IMG/VR virus record: IMGVR_UViG_3300021400_001110 | DNA length: 64,000 nucleotides | DNA from: a virus | Lineage: Duplodnaviria > Heunggongvirae > Uroviricota > Caudoviricetes | Reading direction: 5' to 3' (one strand) | Part shown: one piece after another, positions 9,787 through 20,178 of the stretch | Layout: each line of letters begins with the position of its first letter | Position numbering within the stretch: position 1 is the first letter of the stretch | Program-made: the position numbers and the translations under genes | Notes under the pieces: model-generated | The model's input: the letters and a program-made list of their open reading frames with translations, nothing else | Told to the model about the DNA's origin: nothing | Databases searched by the model: none

Positions 9787-9946
9787 GTTGCTCATATTGG
9801 AGCAAATAGTATCTACATATCAAGACAAAAGATTTAAAGATTTGTATAATAAGATGTATAACATGGAGAAGTTATTAATTAGATATAATGAGCTATCTAA
9901 GCTCTTTATGGAACCGTATGTAAGAAATTCCGACTCGGAAGAGTAA
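9764..9946 (+). CDS. hypothetical protein
   Basis: 60-aa ORF. Confidence 0.3.
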   Translation: MKGSEMVELLILEQIVSTYQDKRFKDLYNKMYNMEKLLIRYNELSKLFMEPYVRNSDSEE

Positions 9947-9998
9947 TCTCTTTTTACAGTAAAAGATTAGACTGTGATAATTTTAATCTTTAACTGTT

Positions 9999-10616
9999 TT
10001 GAATAAATACAATTTAAATATTGATGAGGAGATAGCAGTACTTGAAAAGTATCAACTTACTCCTGATGAACTTTTTATAGTTAGATTAATCTTTGTTACT
10101 AAAGAAGGTTACCCAGAAAATTATCTGTTTAAGTTCTTACAAATAAGTGATAACAAGTCAAACTTTAGAAATAATCTTGAATCTTTACAAGAAAAAGGTA
10201 TTATTTTAAAGTCTTATAAGATACCAGCTAAAGGAGAAAGATTTGATCCTGCAGCTATTCCTTTTAGTAAGAATTTTGAAAATGCTTTGTATAGAAGTGC
10301 TTTTGATATGGGACAAGAACTTTATGAGGCTTATCCAATGTTTGCTACAATAAATGGAGCAACTGTTTCTATAAGAGGAGTATCTAAAAAGTTTGATACT
10401 TTAGAAGATGCTTTTCGTTATTATGGCAAACAAATACGTTGGAACCAAGAAACTCATAAACATATTCTTGAATTATTAGATTGGGCACAGAATAATACTA
10501 CATTTATAAACTTCTCTCTTGCTACATTCCTTATAGATAGGAAATGGGAGGAAATAGAAGCTTTAAAGAACGGAGAATTGACGGATATTAACTATAACTC
10601 TATGCGCTCTATATGA
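9999..10616 (+). CDS. hypothetical protein
   Basis: 205-aa ORF; TTG start; no in-frame ATG near the N-terminus. Confidence 0.4.
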   Translation: MNKYNLNIDEEIAVLEKYQLTPDELFIVRLIFVTKEGYPENYLFKFLQISDNKSNFRNNLESLQEKGIILKSYKIPAKGERFDPAAIPFSKNFENALYRSAFDMGQELYEAYPMFATINGATVSIRGVSKKFDTLEDAFRYYGKQIRWNQETHKHILELLDWAQNNTTFINFSLATFLIDRKWEEIEALKNGELTDINYNSMRSI

Positions 10617-11701
10617 TTACAGAATCGGTATTAGAGCTTATACGACGTGGACGTGACGGTAATAACCAAGGTATATCCATAGGTATGCCTAAGCTTGAGA
10701 GCATAATAGATGGACTAACTAGAGAAACCTATTATCTTCTATTTGGAGGTACTGGCAGCGGTAAGACTACTTTTGCTCTTTATTCGTTTGTTTATAAACC
10801 TCTTGTTCAACATTTAGATGATGATGATTTTAGAGTTATTTATTATTCATTAGAGATGTCTGCTAATATGTTATTCTTAAAACTCCTGTGTATGCATATA
10901 TGGGATGAATATCATATTGAAGTATCTCCTAAAGAATTAATGTCTCGTAAAAAGAACTATATTCTTGACGATGATCTTTATCATATTGTTTTAGAATGTC
11001 AACCTTGGCTTACTAAGATAGAACAAAAGATTACTGTTTATGATAGAGCTTTGAATGCTCAAGTTCTTTATGCTAATCTTCATTCTGAACTAGAAAAAGA
11101 AGGGGAGTTTATAAATACTGACAAACGAATTTTATTTAAACCCAAGAATCCAAAGAAAATTATTCTTGTAATTATGGACCATATAGGCTTGGTTCGACCA
11201 GGTCAAGGCTCTACACTTAAGAATGAGATTGATTTGTGTAGTAAATATCTCTTAACCTTTAGAAATATATGTGGTATCAGCCCACTGGTTTTGATGCAGA
11301 TTAATAGAGATAGTACTTCCACTGATAGAAGAAAGCTAGATATGATTGATCTTAAACTTAGTGATATTAAGGATAGTGGCAATCCATCACAGGATGCTGA
11401 GGTTATTCTTGGAATATTATCTCCTCATAGAGAACAACTTAATAAATATAAAAAGTATGATATAGGCCAACTAGAAGATAAGTTCAGAAGTATTTCTGTT
11501 CTTAAGTCTAGATATGGTGAATCTGAAATTCAGATTGGCTCTGCTTTCTATGGTAAAGCAGGTCTATTTAAAGAGTTACCTAAAGGAGATCAAATTACCT
11601 GTTATGATCCATATATGGACGTTAGTTATATGTTACAAGATGAAATAAATCAAAATGAAAGAATAGATGAAAACGTAGTTAATATAAATTTTACAATGTA
11701 A
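10613..11701 (+). CDS. DnaB-like replicative helicase (RecA-fold ATPase)
   Basis: Walker A GGTGSGKTT, Walker B ILVIMDHIG, Q of H3 in LMQINRDS; ATGA overlap. Confidence 0.6.
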   Translation: MITESVLELIRRGRDGNNQGISIGMPKLESIIDGLTRETYYLLFGGTGSGKTTFALYSFVYKPLVQHLDDDDFRVIYYSLEMSANMLFLKLLCMHIWDEYHIEVSPKELMSRKKNYILDDDLYHIVLECQPWLTKIEQKITVYDRALNAQVLYANLHSELEKEGEFINTDKRILFKPKNPKKIILVIMDHIGLVRPGQGSTLKNEIDLCSKYLLTFRNICGISPLVLMQINRDSTSTDRRKLDMIDLKLSDIKDSGNPSQDAEVILGILSPHREQLNKYKKYDIGQLEDKFRSISVLKSRYGESEIQIGSAFYGKAGLFKELPKGDQITCYDPYMDVSYMLQDEINQNERIDENVVNINFTM

Positions 11702-12400
11702 ATGGCTGAAATGATAGCAATTGTTGGTGAAAGTGGTTCAGGAAAAACCACATCTATTAGAAATTTGAATCCCGAAGAAACATTTATTATATCTACAACA
11801 GGTAAGAGACCTGGAATTAAGGGTGCTAAAAAGAAGTATCCAGATTTCAAGGTCAATAAGGAAACAAAGGAAATGTCTGGTAACTTCTATACTTCTTCTA
11901 ATATCGAGGCTATTAAGCAGATGATGAAGATAGTGAACTTGAAGATGCCTAATGTTAAAGTACTGATTATTGATGATTTTCAGTATCTTCAAGCATTTGA
12001 GGCTATGGCTAGAGTAGATGAAAAAGGCTATGGAAAGTTTACTGATATGGCTAAGCATGCATATGAGGCTTTAAAGACTGGTATGGATATGCGCGATGAT
12101 TTATTCATTGTAGTATCTACTCATAGTGAAAATACTGGAGACAACCTTAATCCTTATTATAAAATTAAGACACAAGGAAAAATGTTGGATAGTGTTATTA
12201 CACTTGAAGGATTATTTACTTATGTATTATTTACCAAAGTAATTAAAGATGATTCTGATTCGGTTCAATATAAGTTCTTAACAAACTCTGATGGAACCTG
12301 CACAGCTAAATCCCCAATGGGACTATTTGAAGATTTACTTATTGATAATGATTTAGATTATGTCATTAAGAAAATTAAAGAATATAACGAAGGAGAATGA
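11702..12400 (+). CDS. AAA/RecA-like ATPase (Sak4-like)
   Basis: Walker A GESGSGKTT, Walker B VLIIDDF. Confidence 0.45.
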   Translation: MAEMIAIVGESGSGKTTSIRNLNPEETFIISTTGKRPGIKGAKKKYPDFKVNKETKEMSGNFYTSSNIEAIKQMMKIVNLKMPNVKVLIIDDFQYLQAFEAMARVDEKGYGKFTDMAKHAYEALKTGMDMRDDLFIVVSTHSENTGDNLNPYYKIKTQGKMLDSVITLEGLFTYVLFTKVIKDDSDSVQYKFLTNSDGTCTAKSPMGLFEDLLIDNDLDYVIKKIKEYNEGE

Positions 12401-12990
12401 TTCAGCAATTTAAGGTAATGTTCACCTATGAACAAGACGATGAGACCGGAGAGGTTAAAGTAATCAATAGGGAAGTTATCAATGATGACCTCCCTAAAGC
12501 AAAGAAGACAAGCAGTTCTAAAAAGACTGCTAAGAAAGCAGATGAAAATCCAGAACCAGAATTGATTCTTGAAGACAATAAATATAGCCTCAATACTGCG
12601 GCTATAGAATTGTTAGGAGTCGAAGCTGATGATAGAATCGATATCAAGTTCGAGAAGAGAGATAAGGTTCGAGTACCTGTTATAGGTTGTAATACAGCCT
12701 TTGGTACACAGGGAGGTAATAGATTAACCAAATCCAATACAGTGAGTTGTAGAGGTAAAAATCATGACACACTTGAGGAATATGGAACAGTCTTCTCTTT
12801 TAAAGAGACAGATAAAGAAGGAATTTTCGAATTAATCGGAGATAAACCCATTCCAGAAGAAAAAGAAGATGAAAATGTCAAGATTGTAGATGAAGAAGTA
12901 GAGGAAATCGGTCGTCCAGAAGATCTTATAGGTATTGTGGATGGAGATGCTACTGAAATAAATTCAGATGAACTTGATTTTAATTTCTAA
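12397..12990 (+). CDS. acidic hypothetical protein
   Basis: 197-aa ORF with Lys-rich stretch and acidic tail. Confidence 0.45.
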   Translation: MIQQFKVMFTYEQDDETGEVKVINREVINDDLPKAKKTSSSKKTAKKADENPEPELILEDNKYSLNTAAIELLGVEADDRIDIKFEKRDKVRVPVIGCNTAFGTQGGNRLTKSNTVSCRGKNHDTLEEYGTVFSFKETDKEGIFELIGDKPIPEEKEDENVKIVDEEVEEIGRPEDLIGIVDGDATEINSDELDFNF

Positions 12991-13003
12991 AATGTGTTAA
13001 TTT

Positions 13004-13738
13004 ATGGCAGGATTTGTTTTTGGTCCAATTGATAAAGTACAAGCAACAGCTGGTGGTAATCGTCGTCTTCGTCCTTGGGATATTTATGAAGTAAAGTTTG
13101 TAGAAGCTAGGTATGAAACATTTGAAGGTAAGAAAGAAGATAATAAAGGTCAGATTTATGAGGCATTAACTGTTCGTTTTGAAAATGACGAGGGTTATTA
13201 TGAGGAGAGAGTCTTCAATCCCGGTGAAAAGGGAAATGAGAGATTCAAGAATAAGAATGCTGAGGGTCATGAGTATGAATCTGCATCTCCAATGGAGAAG
13301 CTTCGTATTTTCATTGCTCAGTTGCTTACTGTTCTAGCTCCTGAGAAGATGCCTAAGATGGTAGAACTTGCTCCTAAAGTACAAAGCTTTAAACAGCTTG
13401 TTGATGTAGTTATAAAACTACTTGAAGGAGCTAAAGGTAAAACCACTCATCTGAAGCTGGCCGGTAAGACTGATTCTAAGACTAATAGAATTGTCCCATG
13501 TCTTCCTAAATTCGCAGGTGTTTCTAAGAAGGGAGAATTGTTTACTGCAGATAACTTTATTGGTGACAAGTTGTTCTTCTCTCCTTATGAGGAAGGTAAG
13601 CAAAAAGAATATCGTGAAGCTAAGCCAACTGATATGGAGAAGAAAGAGGCTCCAGTAGAGGCTTCTATAGACGATCTTCCTGATACTGCAGCTCCTCAGG
13701 AGGAAATTGACGATTTCGATGGACTTCTGAATAACTAA
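13004..13738 (+). CDS. hypothetical protein (possible ssDNA-binding protein)
   Basis: 244-aa ORF with acidic C-terminal tail after an OB-like region; position in replication module. Confidence 0.3.
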   Translation: MAGFVFGPIDKVQATAGGNRRLRPWDIYEVKFVEARYETFEGKKEDNKGQIYEALTVRFENDEGYYEERVFNPGEKGNERFKNKNAEGHEYESASPMEKLRIFIAQLLTVLAPEKMPKMVELAPKVQSFKQLVDVVIKLLEGAKGKTTHLKLAGKTDSKTNRIVPCLPKFAGVSKKGELFTADNFIGDKLFFSPYEEGKQKEYREAKPTDMEKKEAPVEASIDDLPDTAAPQEEIDDFDGLLNN

Positions 13739-13749
13739 CGTTTTTATCT

Positions 13750-13787
13750 GGCGGAAGGCTCAAAAGAGCCTCTCCGCCTTTCATTTT
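13750..13787 (+). terminator. rho-independent terminator
   Basis: ggcggaaggctc-aaaa-gagcctctccgcc hairpin followed by a T-run. Confidence 0.55.
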
Positions 13788-13818
13788 ATAAAAAAAGTCC
13801 TTATATTTAGGTTCATTA

Positions 13819-14823
13819 ATGGACAAATTTAATTTTTATATTGAACCGAAAATCACTAAGGATTTTCTACTTTCTTATAATAAAGAAGAAACCTATATGT
13901 CCTTTTATTTAGGTATTCCAGTTAAAAAAGGTTTGTTTTGTTCACCACTTAGAAAAGATAATACTCCAACCTGTTCCTTTTATAGAAATAAGCAAGGAGA
14001 ACTTATCTTTAAAGACTTTAATGGATCATTCTATGGAAATTTTATTTCTGTTGTAATGTATAAGTATGGACTTAATTATGGAGAAGCTCTACGTACTATT
14101 GCTAATGACTTTAATATTATCAAAACTCCAGGATATACAAAACATCCCGGTATAGTAAGACAAAATATTAAACACTTTGAAGCTCCAGAGACTTCTCTTA
14201 TAAGAGTTGAAGTACAAGATTTTCTTCCTAAAGAACTAGAATGGTGGAAAAGTTATGGAATAACAGAAAAAATACTTAAAAAATATCATGTATATTCCTG
14301 TAAAAACATTTTTTTAAATGGAAGTTATTTTATGGCTTCCACATCTGGATGTCCTGCATATGGTTATTATGGAGGAAAAGAGGACAATATAGAACTTTGG
14401 AGAATTTACTTTCCAAAGAAAAAACAATATAGATTTTTAACTAATTGGAAAGCAAAACAAGTACAGGGATATAAACAATTACCCAAAGAAGGAAAGTTAG
14501 TAGTTATCACTAAATCAATGAAAGATGTGATGTGTCTATATAGTTTAGGCATTAAAGCTATTGCTCCAAATAGTGAAAATTTATTTATTACAGATAAAAT
14601 GTTAGAAAATTTAAAGTCAAGATTTACTTATATAGCAGTTCTATATGATAATGATTTACCTGGGATATCTAATATGAATAAGATTAAGAAGGAACATCCT
14701 GAACTTTTTTATACTTGGATTCCACGTAAGTATAATGCTAAAGATATATCTGACTTTAGAAAGATGTATGGTGAAAAGAAAACTAAGCAATTTATTAAAG
14801 ATTTAATTCTAAAATTTAAATGA
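13819..14823 (+). CDS. DNA primase (TOPRIM domain)
   Basis: Cys cluster near the N-terminus; TOPRIM-like E....YDNDLPG (DxD) motif. Confidence 0.5.
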   Translation: MDKFNFYIEPKITKDFLLSYNKEETYMSFYLGIPVKKGLFCSPLRKDNTPTCSFYRNKQGELIFKDFNGSFYGNFISVVMYKYGLNYGEALRTIANDFNIIKTPGYTKHPGIVRQNIKHFEAPETSLIRVEVQDFLPKELEWWKSYGITEKILKKYHVYSCKNIFLNGSYFMASTSGCPAYGYYGGKEDNIELWRIYFPKKKQYRFLTNWKAKQVQGYKQLPKEGKLVVITKSMKDVMCLYSLGIKAIAPNSENLFITDKMLENLKSRFTYIAVLYDNDLPGISNMNKIKKEHPELFYTWIPRKYNAKDISDFRKMYGEKKTKQFIKDLILKFK

Positions 14824-14834
14824 AAAAGTAGGAA

Positions 14835-15371
14835 TTGAATACTTCATGTAAAGCTATTTTTAAAGATGGCAGTACTAAAGAATTTGCTTCCATTGAAGAA
14901 GCGTCGAAAGAAACAGGAATCACTGTTGCCGCAATCAAAATCAGATGTAATAAGCCAGGATGCGGAGGAAAAGAAAAAATCTGTTTTGAATGGTTAGATG
15001 AACATACTAAACGTTCTTACCAAGCTAAAAAATCGAGAAGCAAAGGTGCTTCTTGGGAAAGAGAAGTTATTAATAAGTTAAAGGAAATTGGATTTACTGG
15101 ATGTGTTACCTCTAGAGGAGAATCAAAGAAAGTTGATAATAACAAGATTGATATTATAGATACTGAAGGAAAATTACCTATCAATATTCAATGTAAACAG
15201 TATCAAAATACTCCTTCTTATTTTACAATAAGAGATGCATGTACAGATAAGTCTAAACCTTTTACTGTATTTTGGAAAAAATCTCCAGAAGGAGGAGAAA
15301 ACAGTAAAGGTTCTATAGTAATGGTAGATGTAGATTATTTCCTTGAATTATTAGCTTTAACTTTAAAATGA
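14835..15371 (+). CDS. putative PD-(D/E)xK nuclease with N-terminal HTH (resolvase-like)
   Basis: HTH-like IEEASKETGITVAAIKIR; D..E.K pattern DIIDTEGK; TTG start. Confidence 0.3.
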   Translation: MNTSCKAIFKDGSTKEFASIEEASKETGITVAAIKIRCNKPGCGGKEKICFEWLDEHTKRSYQAKKSRSKGASWEREVINKLKEIGFTGCVTSRGESKKVDNNKIDIIDTEGKLPINIQCKQYQNTPSYFTIRDACTDKSKPFTVFWKKSPEGGENSKGSIVMVDVDYFLELLALTLK

Positions 15372-15592
15372 CAACTTACATATACGCAGTTTGTGATCAA
15401 GATTGTCACAATCAAATAAGGACTATAAGTGCAAGGTCTTTAAAAGATGCACAAGAAAAGATTATAGAAAGATTTAGAGATAGCCTAGAACTAGATGAAG
15501 AATTTGATAATTGGCATGAGTTTATAAAGTTTATATCGAATGAATTTGATATAGATATAACTCCTACTATCCAAGATGTAGAAACATTATAA
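15368..15592 (+). CDS. hypothetical protein
   Basis: 74-aa ORF, ATGA overlap. Confidence 0.4.
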   Translation: MTTYIYAVCDQDCHNQIRTISARSLKDAQEKIIERFRDSLELDEEFDNWHEFIKFISNEFDIDITPTIQDVETL

Positions 15593-15879
15593 TGAGAATT
15601 TATAAAGTAGTTAAAAAAGAAGAAAATCCTACCATTCCCCTTAATAAAGTAAGAATGGAAGATGGATTCTTAATTGTTATGTCTAATGGTGAGGTAGTCG
15701 GTATAATTGTATATGATAGTAGTGATACCCAGTATATAATGATTACTAACTTTCGGGATTATTTCGCTACTGGAATTGATCCTGAATATCATAACGAAAG
15801 TCTTGAGAAATTATTGGAGGAAATCAAAAGTGATTATATAAATCCAGTAGAATTTAACTTTGTAAGAGTTGAGCAATGA
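15592..15879 (+). CDS. hypothetical protein
   Basis: 95-aa ORF. Confidence 0.4.
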   Translation: MRIYKVVKKEENPTIPLNKVRMEDGFLIVMSNGEVVGIIVYDSSDTQYIMITNFRDYFATGIDPEYHNESLEKLLEEIKSDYINPVEFNFVRVEQ

Positions 15880-16391
15880 GAATAGGACTTGATCTTGATG
15901 GAACTTTGGATGATTTTTGGAATCCGTATTTAGAAAGATTTGGAAAACCTAAAAAGGATTCTGAAATAACTAAGAATGTAGCGCAGGTACTTAGTAAAGA
16001 TAGAAATTTCTGGCTTTCATTGCCAGTTCTTAGATATATAGATTTTATTCCTGAATTGTATTGTACTAAACGAGTAAATCCAAAGCAATGGACTCGTAAA
16101 TGGTTAATAGAAAATGGTTTTCCTAATCGTCCTATTTATCAGATGTACTATCAGCAAGGAAATAAAGCTACTATGATTAAGGGAAGAGTTGACGTATTTA
16201 TTGACGATTCCATTTCTAATTTTATAAAGTTGAATTTATCTGGAGTTCCATGTCTTCTTATTGATCAGCCAGATAACCAATCTTGGGGACCAGTAGGAAG
16301 AATTTATACCCTTAACAAACAAGAAATAATAGATACATATAATTTATTTATAGATACAGGTATGTTTGATAACTTTAAGAACCTGTTATGA
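15876..16391 (+). CDS. HAD-superfamily hydrolase (5'(3')-deoxyribonucleotidase-like)
   Basis: Motif I DLDGTL, motif IV FIDDS. Confidence 0.5.
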   Translation: MRIGLDLDGTLDDFWNPYLERFGKPKKDSEITKNVAQVLSKDRNFWLSLPVLRYIDFIPELYCTKRVNPKQWTRKWLIENGFPNRPIYQMYYQQGNKATMIKGRVDVFIDDSISNFIKLNLSGVPCLLIDQPDNQSWGPVGRIYTLNKQEIIDTYNLFIDTGMFDNFKNLL

Positions 16392-17461
16392 TTGATGTTT
16401 ATAAAACAGTACAATTAAAGCCCTTAACAGAAACTGTCCATATAAAGGATATATCGGATGAAGTCTATTTTTCTAAAGAATATGGTAATTACATAAGTAA
16501 TTCCAGACTCAAACTTATTAATCCTGATGAAGGAGGAAGTCCATCTAAATTCTTTGAGGGATTAGGAAATAATAAAATCTATTCTGATGCACTTATATTT
16601 GGAAGTGCTGTGCATGAACTTACCCTTCAGCCAGAAGCATTTATGCTTACAGAAATAGATAGACCCACTGCGAAAGCAGGATTTATGGCTGACTATATAT
16701 TTGATAATTATATAGGACCTTGTGGAGATAATGCAGGAGAAATAATAGCAGCTCTTGAAGATTCTATTTTTATAGAAGCTTCTAATGAGATTGACTATTA
16801 CAAAGGAAAGATGAATGAAGAAAAGATAAAAGCTCTTAAAGATAAGTGTGAACAATACTGGATTGACAGAGCAATATTTGAAGAGGATTATACAGGACCA
16901 ACTCCTATATATCTTCCACAGAAAATGAGAGAACAACTCAGTGCAGTTCTTGATTCTTTTAATAAGAATAAGAAATTTGCAGAGTTACTACATCCAAAAG
17001 GACTCCTTGAAGATCCTATTTCTATGAATGAAACTACTATTCTAATGGATATGGAATATACAGTAGATCTTCCAGAAGGAAAGAAAGAAGGAGTTCTTCA
17101 TTTGAAATCTAAATTAGATAATTTCTCTATAGATAATGAAAATAATACTATTACTGTAAATGATGTTAAAACTACTGGTAAGTATGTAACAGAATTTGCA
17201 AGTGGAGCATTTAATTTCTTTCATTATTATAGAGAATTAGGTATGTACACATGGCTACTTAGACATGCTGCTGCCAAACATTATGACATCCATAATCCTA
17301 CTATAAAGAGTAATTGTCTTGTAGTAGAAACCTTTCCTGGTTATTTTACTAAGACTTATGAACTTACTAAAACAGACCTATTAAAGGGAATGCAAGAATT
17401 TGGATGGCTATTACGACAAGTAGCCTATTTTAAAGCTGTAAATGACTTACAAAGAACTTGA
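16388..17461 (+). CDS. hypothetical protein (possible PD-(D/E)xK exonuclease)
   Basis: 357-aa ORF; weak nuclease-like D..(V)ND.K pattern. Confidence 0.3.
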   Translation: MIDVYKTVQLKPLTETVHIKDISDEVYFSKEYGNYISNSRLKLINPDEGGSPSKFFEGLGNNKIYSDALIFGSAVHELTLQPEAFMLTEIDRPTAKAGFMADYIFDNYIGPCGDNAGEIIAALEDSIFIEASNEIDYYKGKMNEEKIKALKDKCEQYWIDRAIFEEDYTGPTPIYLPQKMREQLSAVLDSFNKNKKFAELLHPKGLLEDPISMNETTILMDMEYTVDLPEGKKEGVLHLKSKLDNFSIDNENNTITVNDVKTTGKYVTEFASGAFNFFHYYRELGMYTWLLRHAAAKHYDIHNPTIKSNCLVVETFPGYFTKTYELTKTDLLKGMQEFGWLLRQVAYFKAVNDLQRT

Positions 17462-17768
17462 GGCAATCTTTAATCAGTATTTCAGCTTAGGAAACTTGAA
17501 TATAAATATCAACAACAAGTTTGCACTTATATCTTTAATCTGTTATATTACCACTTCCATGAAGAAAAAGCAACCTGATGTTACATATTATCAGGTAGTT
17601 TATAAGATTTGTGTTAATGAAGGTATGACAGAAGACTTTATAAAAGGTCTTGCAATAATGTGTGAAAGTTTCGGTTATGGCTGTACTGACTTTCCAACCT
17701 TTGGAATTGCTCCAAAAGATATGGTAAAGACTTGTCGAGATATAATAAAATCTTATATGCCTTTCTAA
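17442..17768 (+). CDS. hypothetical protein
   Basis: 108-aa ORF. Confidence 0.35.
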   Translation: MTYKELEAIFNQYFSLGNLNININNKFALISLICYITTSMKKKQPDVTYYQVVYKICVNEGMTEDFIKGLAIMCESFGYGCTDFPTFGIAPKDMVKTCRDIIKSYMPF

Positions 17769-17892
17769 ATTGAGTGTTAAAAAATGTAAATTTTAAAACA
17801 TTCGTTTGGATTTAGATTATGAAGTTATTAGATTTGTTTCAGTTCCTCTTGGGAGAGAGGGATTCAGATTAAAATTATATTTTAGATTATTT

Positions 17893-17935
17893 AACATTCA
17901 TTTAGTTGTCCATAAGGACAGTCAAATGTATATTT
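17893..17935 (+). promoter_or_regulatory. candidate Bacteroidota-type promoter (-7 TAnnTTTG)
   Basis: gTATATTTGg at 17926-17933 in the 216-bp AT-rich gap upstream of 17985. Confidence 0.3.
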
Positions 17936-17984
17936 GGTAAGATGAAGATGAATAATACGAAAAATGTTAAAAACTATTTGAATT

Positions 17985-18533
17985 ATGGAAACAAAAATTA
18001 TTAATTTCAAGAAATTAGAAGTTACAGGTGCTACTAAAGAAGAGGCTCTAGCAAAGGCTCCATTCCAGATTATCGGTGATGCTACACAAGCTTTCAAGAA
18101 TTGGAAGAAAAAGCAGATTGATGGTGTAACAGACGCTAAGATTAAGGAATTTGCTCTCGACTATATCCAGAAGAAGACTAAGTCTGCAGCTGGTGTAGGT
18201 TTCTCAATTACAGTTGATGCTGCAGTTGCTGATACAAGAGAACGTCCTTATAAGATTAACGATGTTAAGAATGAGAAAGGTAAGAGAAAGTACGTTACTA
18301 CATATGAACTTGTAGATGCAACTACAGGTGAGGTAGTTGGTATGACTCAGGAGACCAAAGCAGTTGCTAGGGAGATGGCTAAGGAACTTTACAAGAATGG
18401 ATTTAAACATCCTATTACTTGTAAGTATACTAAGCAGGTACTTGATGGTGAACCCATTGCTTTCACCGCAGAGTATACTCCTTCAAAGAGTTCTAAGGTA
18501 GGTACCTATATGGTCTTTGGTGTAGAGGCCTAA
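17985..18533 (+). CDS. hypothetical protein (stand-alone, terminator-flanked; possibly highly expressed)
   Basis: 182-aa ORF with a long upstream leader and a strong terminator just downstream. Confidence 0.45.
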   Translation: METKIINFKKLEVTGATKEEALAKAPFQIIGDATQAFKNWKKKQIDGVTDAKIKEFALDYIQKKTKSAAGVGFSITVDAAVADTRERPYKINDVKNEKGKRKYVTTYELVDATTGEVVGMTQETKAVAREMAKELYKNGFKHPITCKYTKQVLDGEPIAFTAEYTPSKSSKVGTYMVFGVEA

Positions 18534-18556
18534 TTAACTTCTAGCATATAAGTGTT

Positions 18557-18596
18557 GGGAGGCTGTACGTAAGTATGGTCTCCCATTTTTTTTTTC
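18557..18596 (+). terminator. rho-independent terminator
   Basis: tgggag...ctccca hairpin plus T11. Confidence 0.55.
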
Positions 18597-18621
18597 TAAT
18601 CCAACAGTGGAAACTGTATAA

Positions 18622-19194
18622 ATGAAAAGTAAATTTATTCCTGTTAGTGGTCTTGAAATACTTGACCAAATATATGATGAAGAGCATAATGATTTTGAAT
18701 TGGAAGAGGTCATTGAAGATGTATATAAGATGATGACTTATAAAGCAAGTAATATGCAAGTATTTACTGTAAAGAAAGGATTTTATAAGTCCAGAGAAAA
18801 GACTGATGGATATATGACCTTTTCTTCAAATGGAAATGAAAAGTTCTATGGAATTCAGGAGGTAAAGAGAAAGGTATGTAATTCGGTTAATCAATATAAA
18901 AGACAATTATTACAAGCTCTTAGATATTTATGGTTATATGGGAATAATCCATCTGTAAAGGTATTTATACTTAATTCAGAGAAATTTTATGTATATGTAC
19001 TTAGAGAAGATATAGAGGATTTAATAAATACTCTATCTCCCTTATTTTCTAAATCTGATAAATCTGCCTGTAAATCATGGAATGATTCCGATTTAAGAAG
19101 AACTATTCAAAGTTATAATATCAAATTCCATACCACTTTATTAAGAGATTTGGAATTAAATAAAACTCTAGAAGAAATTTATAAACTAGTATGA
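18622..19194 (+). CDS. hypothetical protein
   Basis: 190-aa ORF. Confidence 0.45.
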   Translation: MKSKFIPVSGLEILDQIYDEEHNDFELEEVIEDVYKMMTYKASNMQVFTVKKGFYKSREKTDGYMTFSSNGNEKFYGIQEVKRKVCNSVNQYKRQLLQALRYLWLYGNNPSVKVFILNSEKFYVYVLREDIEDLINTLSPLFSKSDKSACKSWNDSDLRRTIQSYNIKFHTTLLRDLELNKTLEEIYKLV

Positions 19195-19871
19195 CTAGAC
19201 ATAAAGTATTAGAAATGGCATCTATGGCATGCTTGAAAGAACTTTATAGTAAAGTTCAACCAGCTGTTGATTGGGATGACTTTATGGAAGAAAATAGACT
19301 TTATTCAAAGGCTTACAAACAGTGGGAATCTTTATATAAGGAATCTCCAGAAAAAGCTGGAAAAGTTATAGATTTCTGTGGACCTCATCCTTATGAGTTC
19401 TATTATCTTCCTAGAGATGTTATGAAAGAAATTGCAGATTCCTATGTAAAGGCATATAATATAGATGCACATCAGGAATTACTAGATATTATAGATATAC
19501 TTAAAAATTATTGTGAAGCTCCAATAGTTGATGCTTGGATAACAGAATCTGATGGGCAAGAACGTCGTGGTTATAGTCATCCAGATCCACTTAAAGAGGA
19601 TATAGCTACCTTACTAAGGGGATACGTAGAACAAGACGACTTTGATGCAGTTACTGTAGCTAATGAAATAGTAGAGAATTTCTATGAATTCTTAGATATG
19701 GCTGGACAATTCTATTCCTGGAATACAGATTTAAATGCATTTAATACCACAGTATATCTAGGACCGAGTCCTAATACTAATAAAGAAGCTGTCATAGAGA
19801 ATTGGAAGAAATATAGAAATAAAGATATAACTATTAATGATTTACTTTATATAGAGGATGAAGAAAATTGA
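19191..19871 (+). CDS. hypothetical protein
   Basis: 226-aa ORF, ATGA overlap. Confidence 0.45.
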   Translation: MTRHKVLEMASMACLKELYSKVQPAVDWDDFMEENRLYSKAYKQWESLYKESPEKAGKVIDFCGPHPYEFYYLPRDVMKEIADSYVKAYNIDAHQELLDIIDILKNYCEAPIVDAWITESDGQERRGYSHPDPLKEDIATLLRGYVEQDDFDAVTVANEIVENFYEFLDMAGQFYSWNTDLNAFNTTVYLGPSPNTNKEAVIENWKKYRNKDITINDLLYIEDEEN

Positions 19872-20178
19872 AGTATCAACAATTATAGACTTCTTAAGAA
19901 GAATCTCTGAAACAACTAATGATAAACTTCAAGTTAGAGATGAGAAGTATCATAAGTGTATTTATTTTATGTTTTCAGAAGATAATTATATAGGTATTTA
20001 TATAAGTGATGATCATTTATCTATTACAGGTGCATATTTTGGAAAGGAAATGGAAATCACTGAAGCTGAAAGATGTGAACTTCTCTTTTATTTTAATAAA
20101 ATACTTAGTAAAAAAGAAGACGAAGTTTTTTATTTAATAGATAAGGCTTGTCGTTATAAAGATTCAATTGACTTTTAA
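19858..20178 (+). CDS. hypothetical protein
   Basis: 106-aa ORF. Confidence 0.4.
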   Translation: MKKIEVSTIIDFLRRISETTNDKLQVRDEKYHKCIYFMFSEDNYIGIYISDDHLSITGAYFGKEMEITEAERCELLFYFNKILSKKEDEVFYLIDKACRYKDSIDF

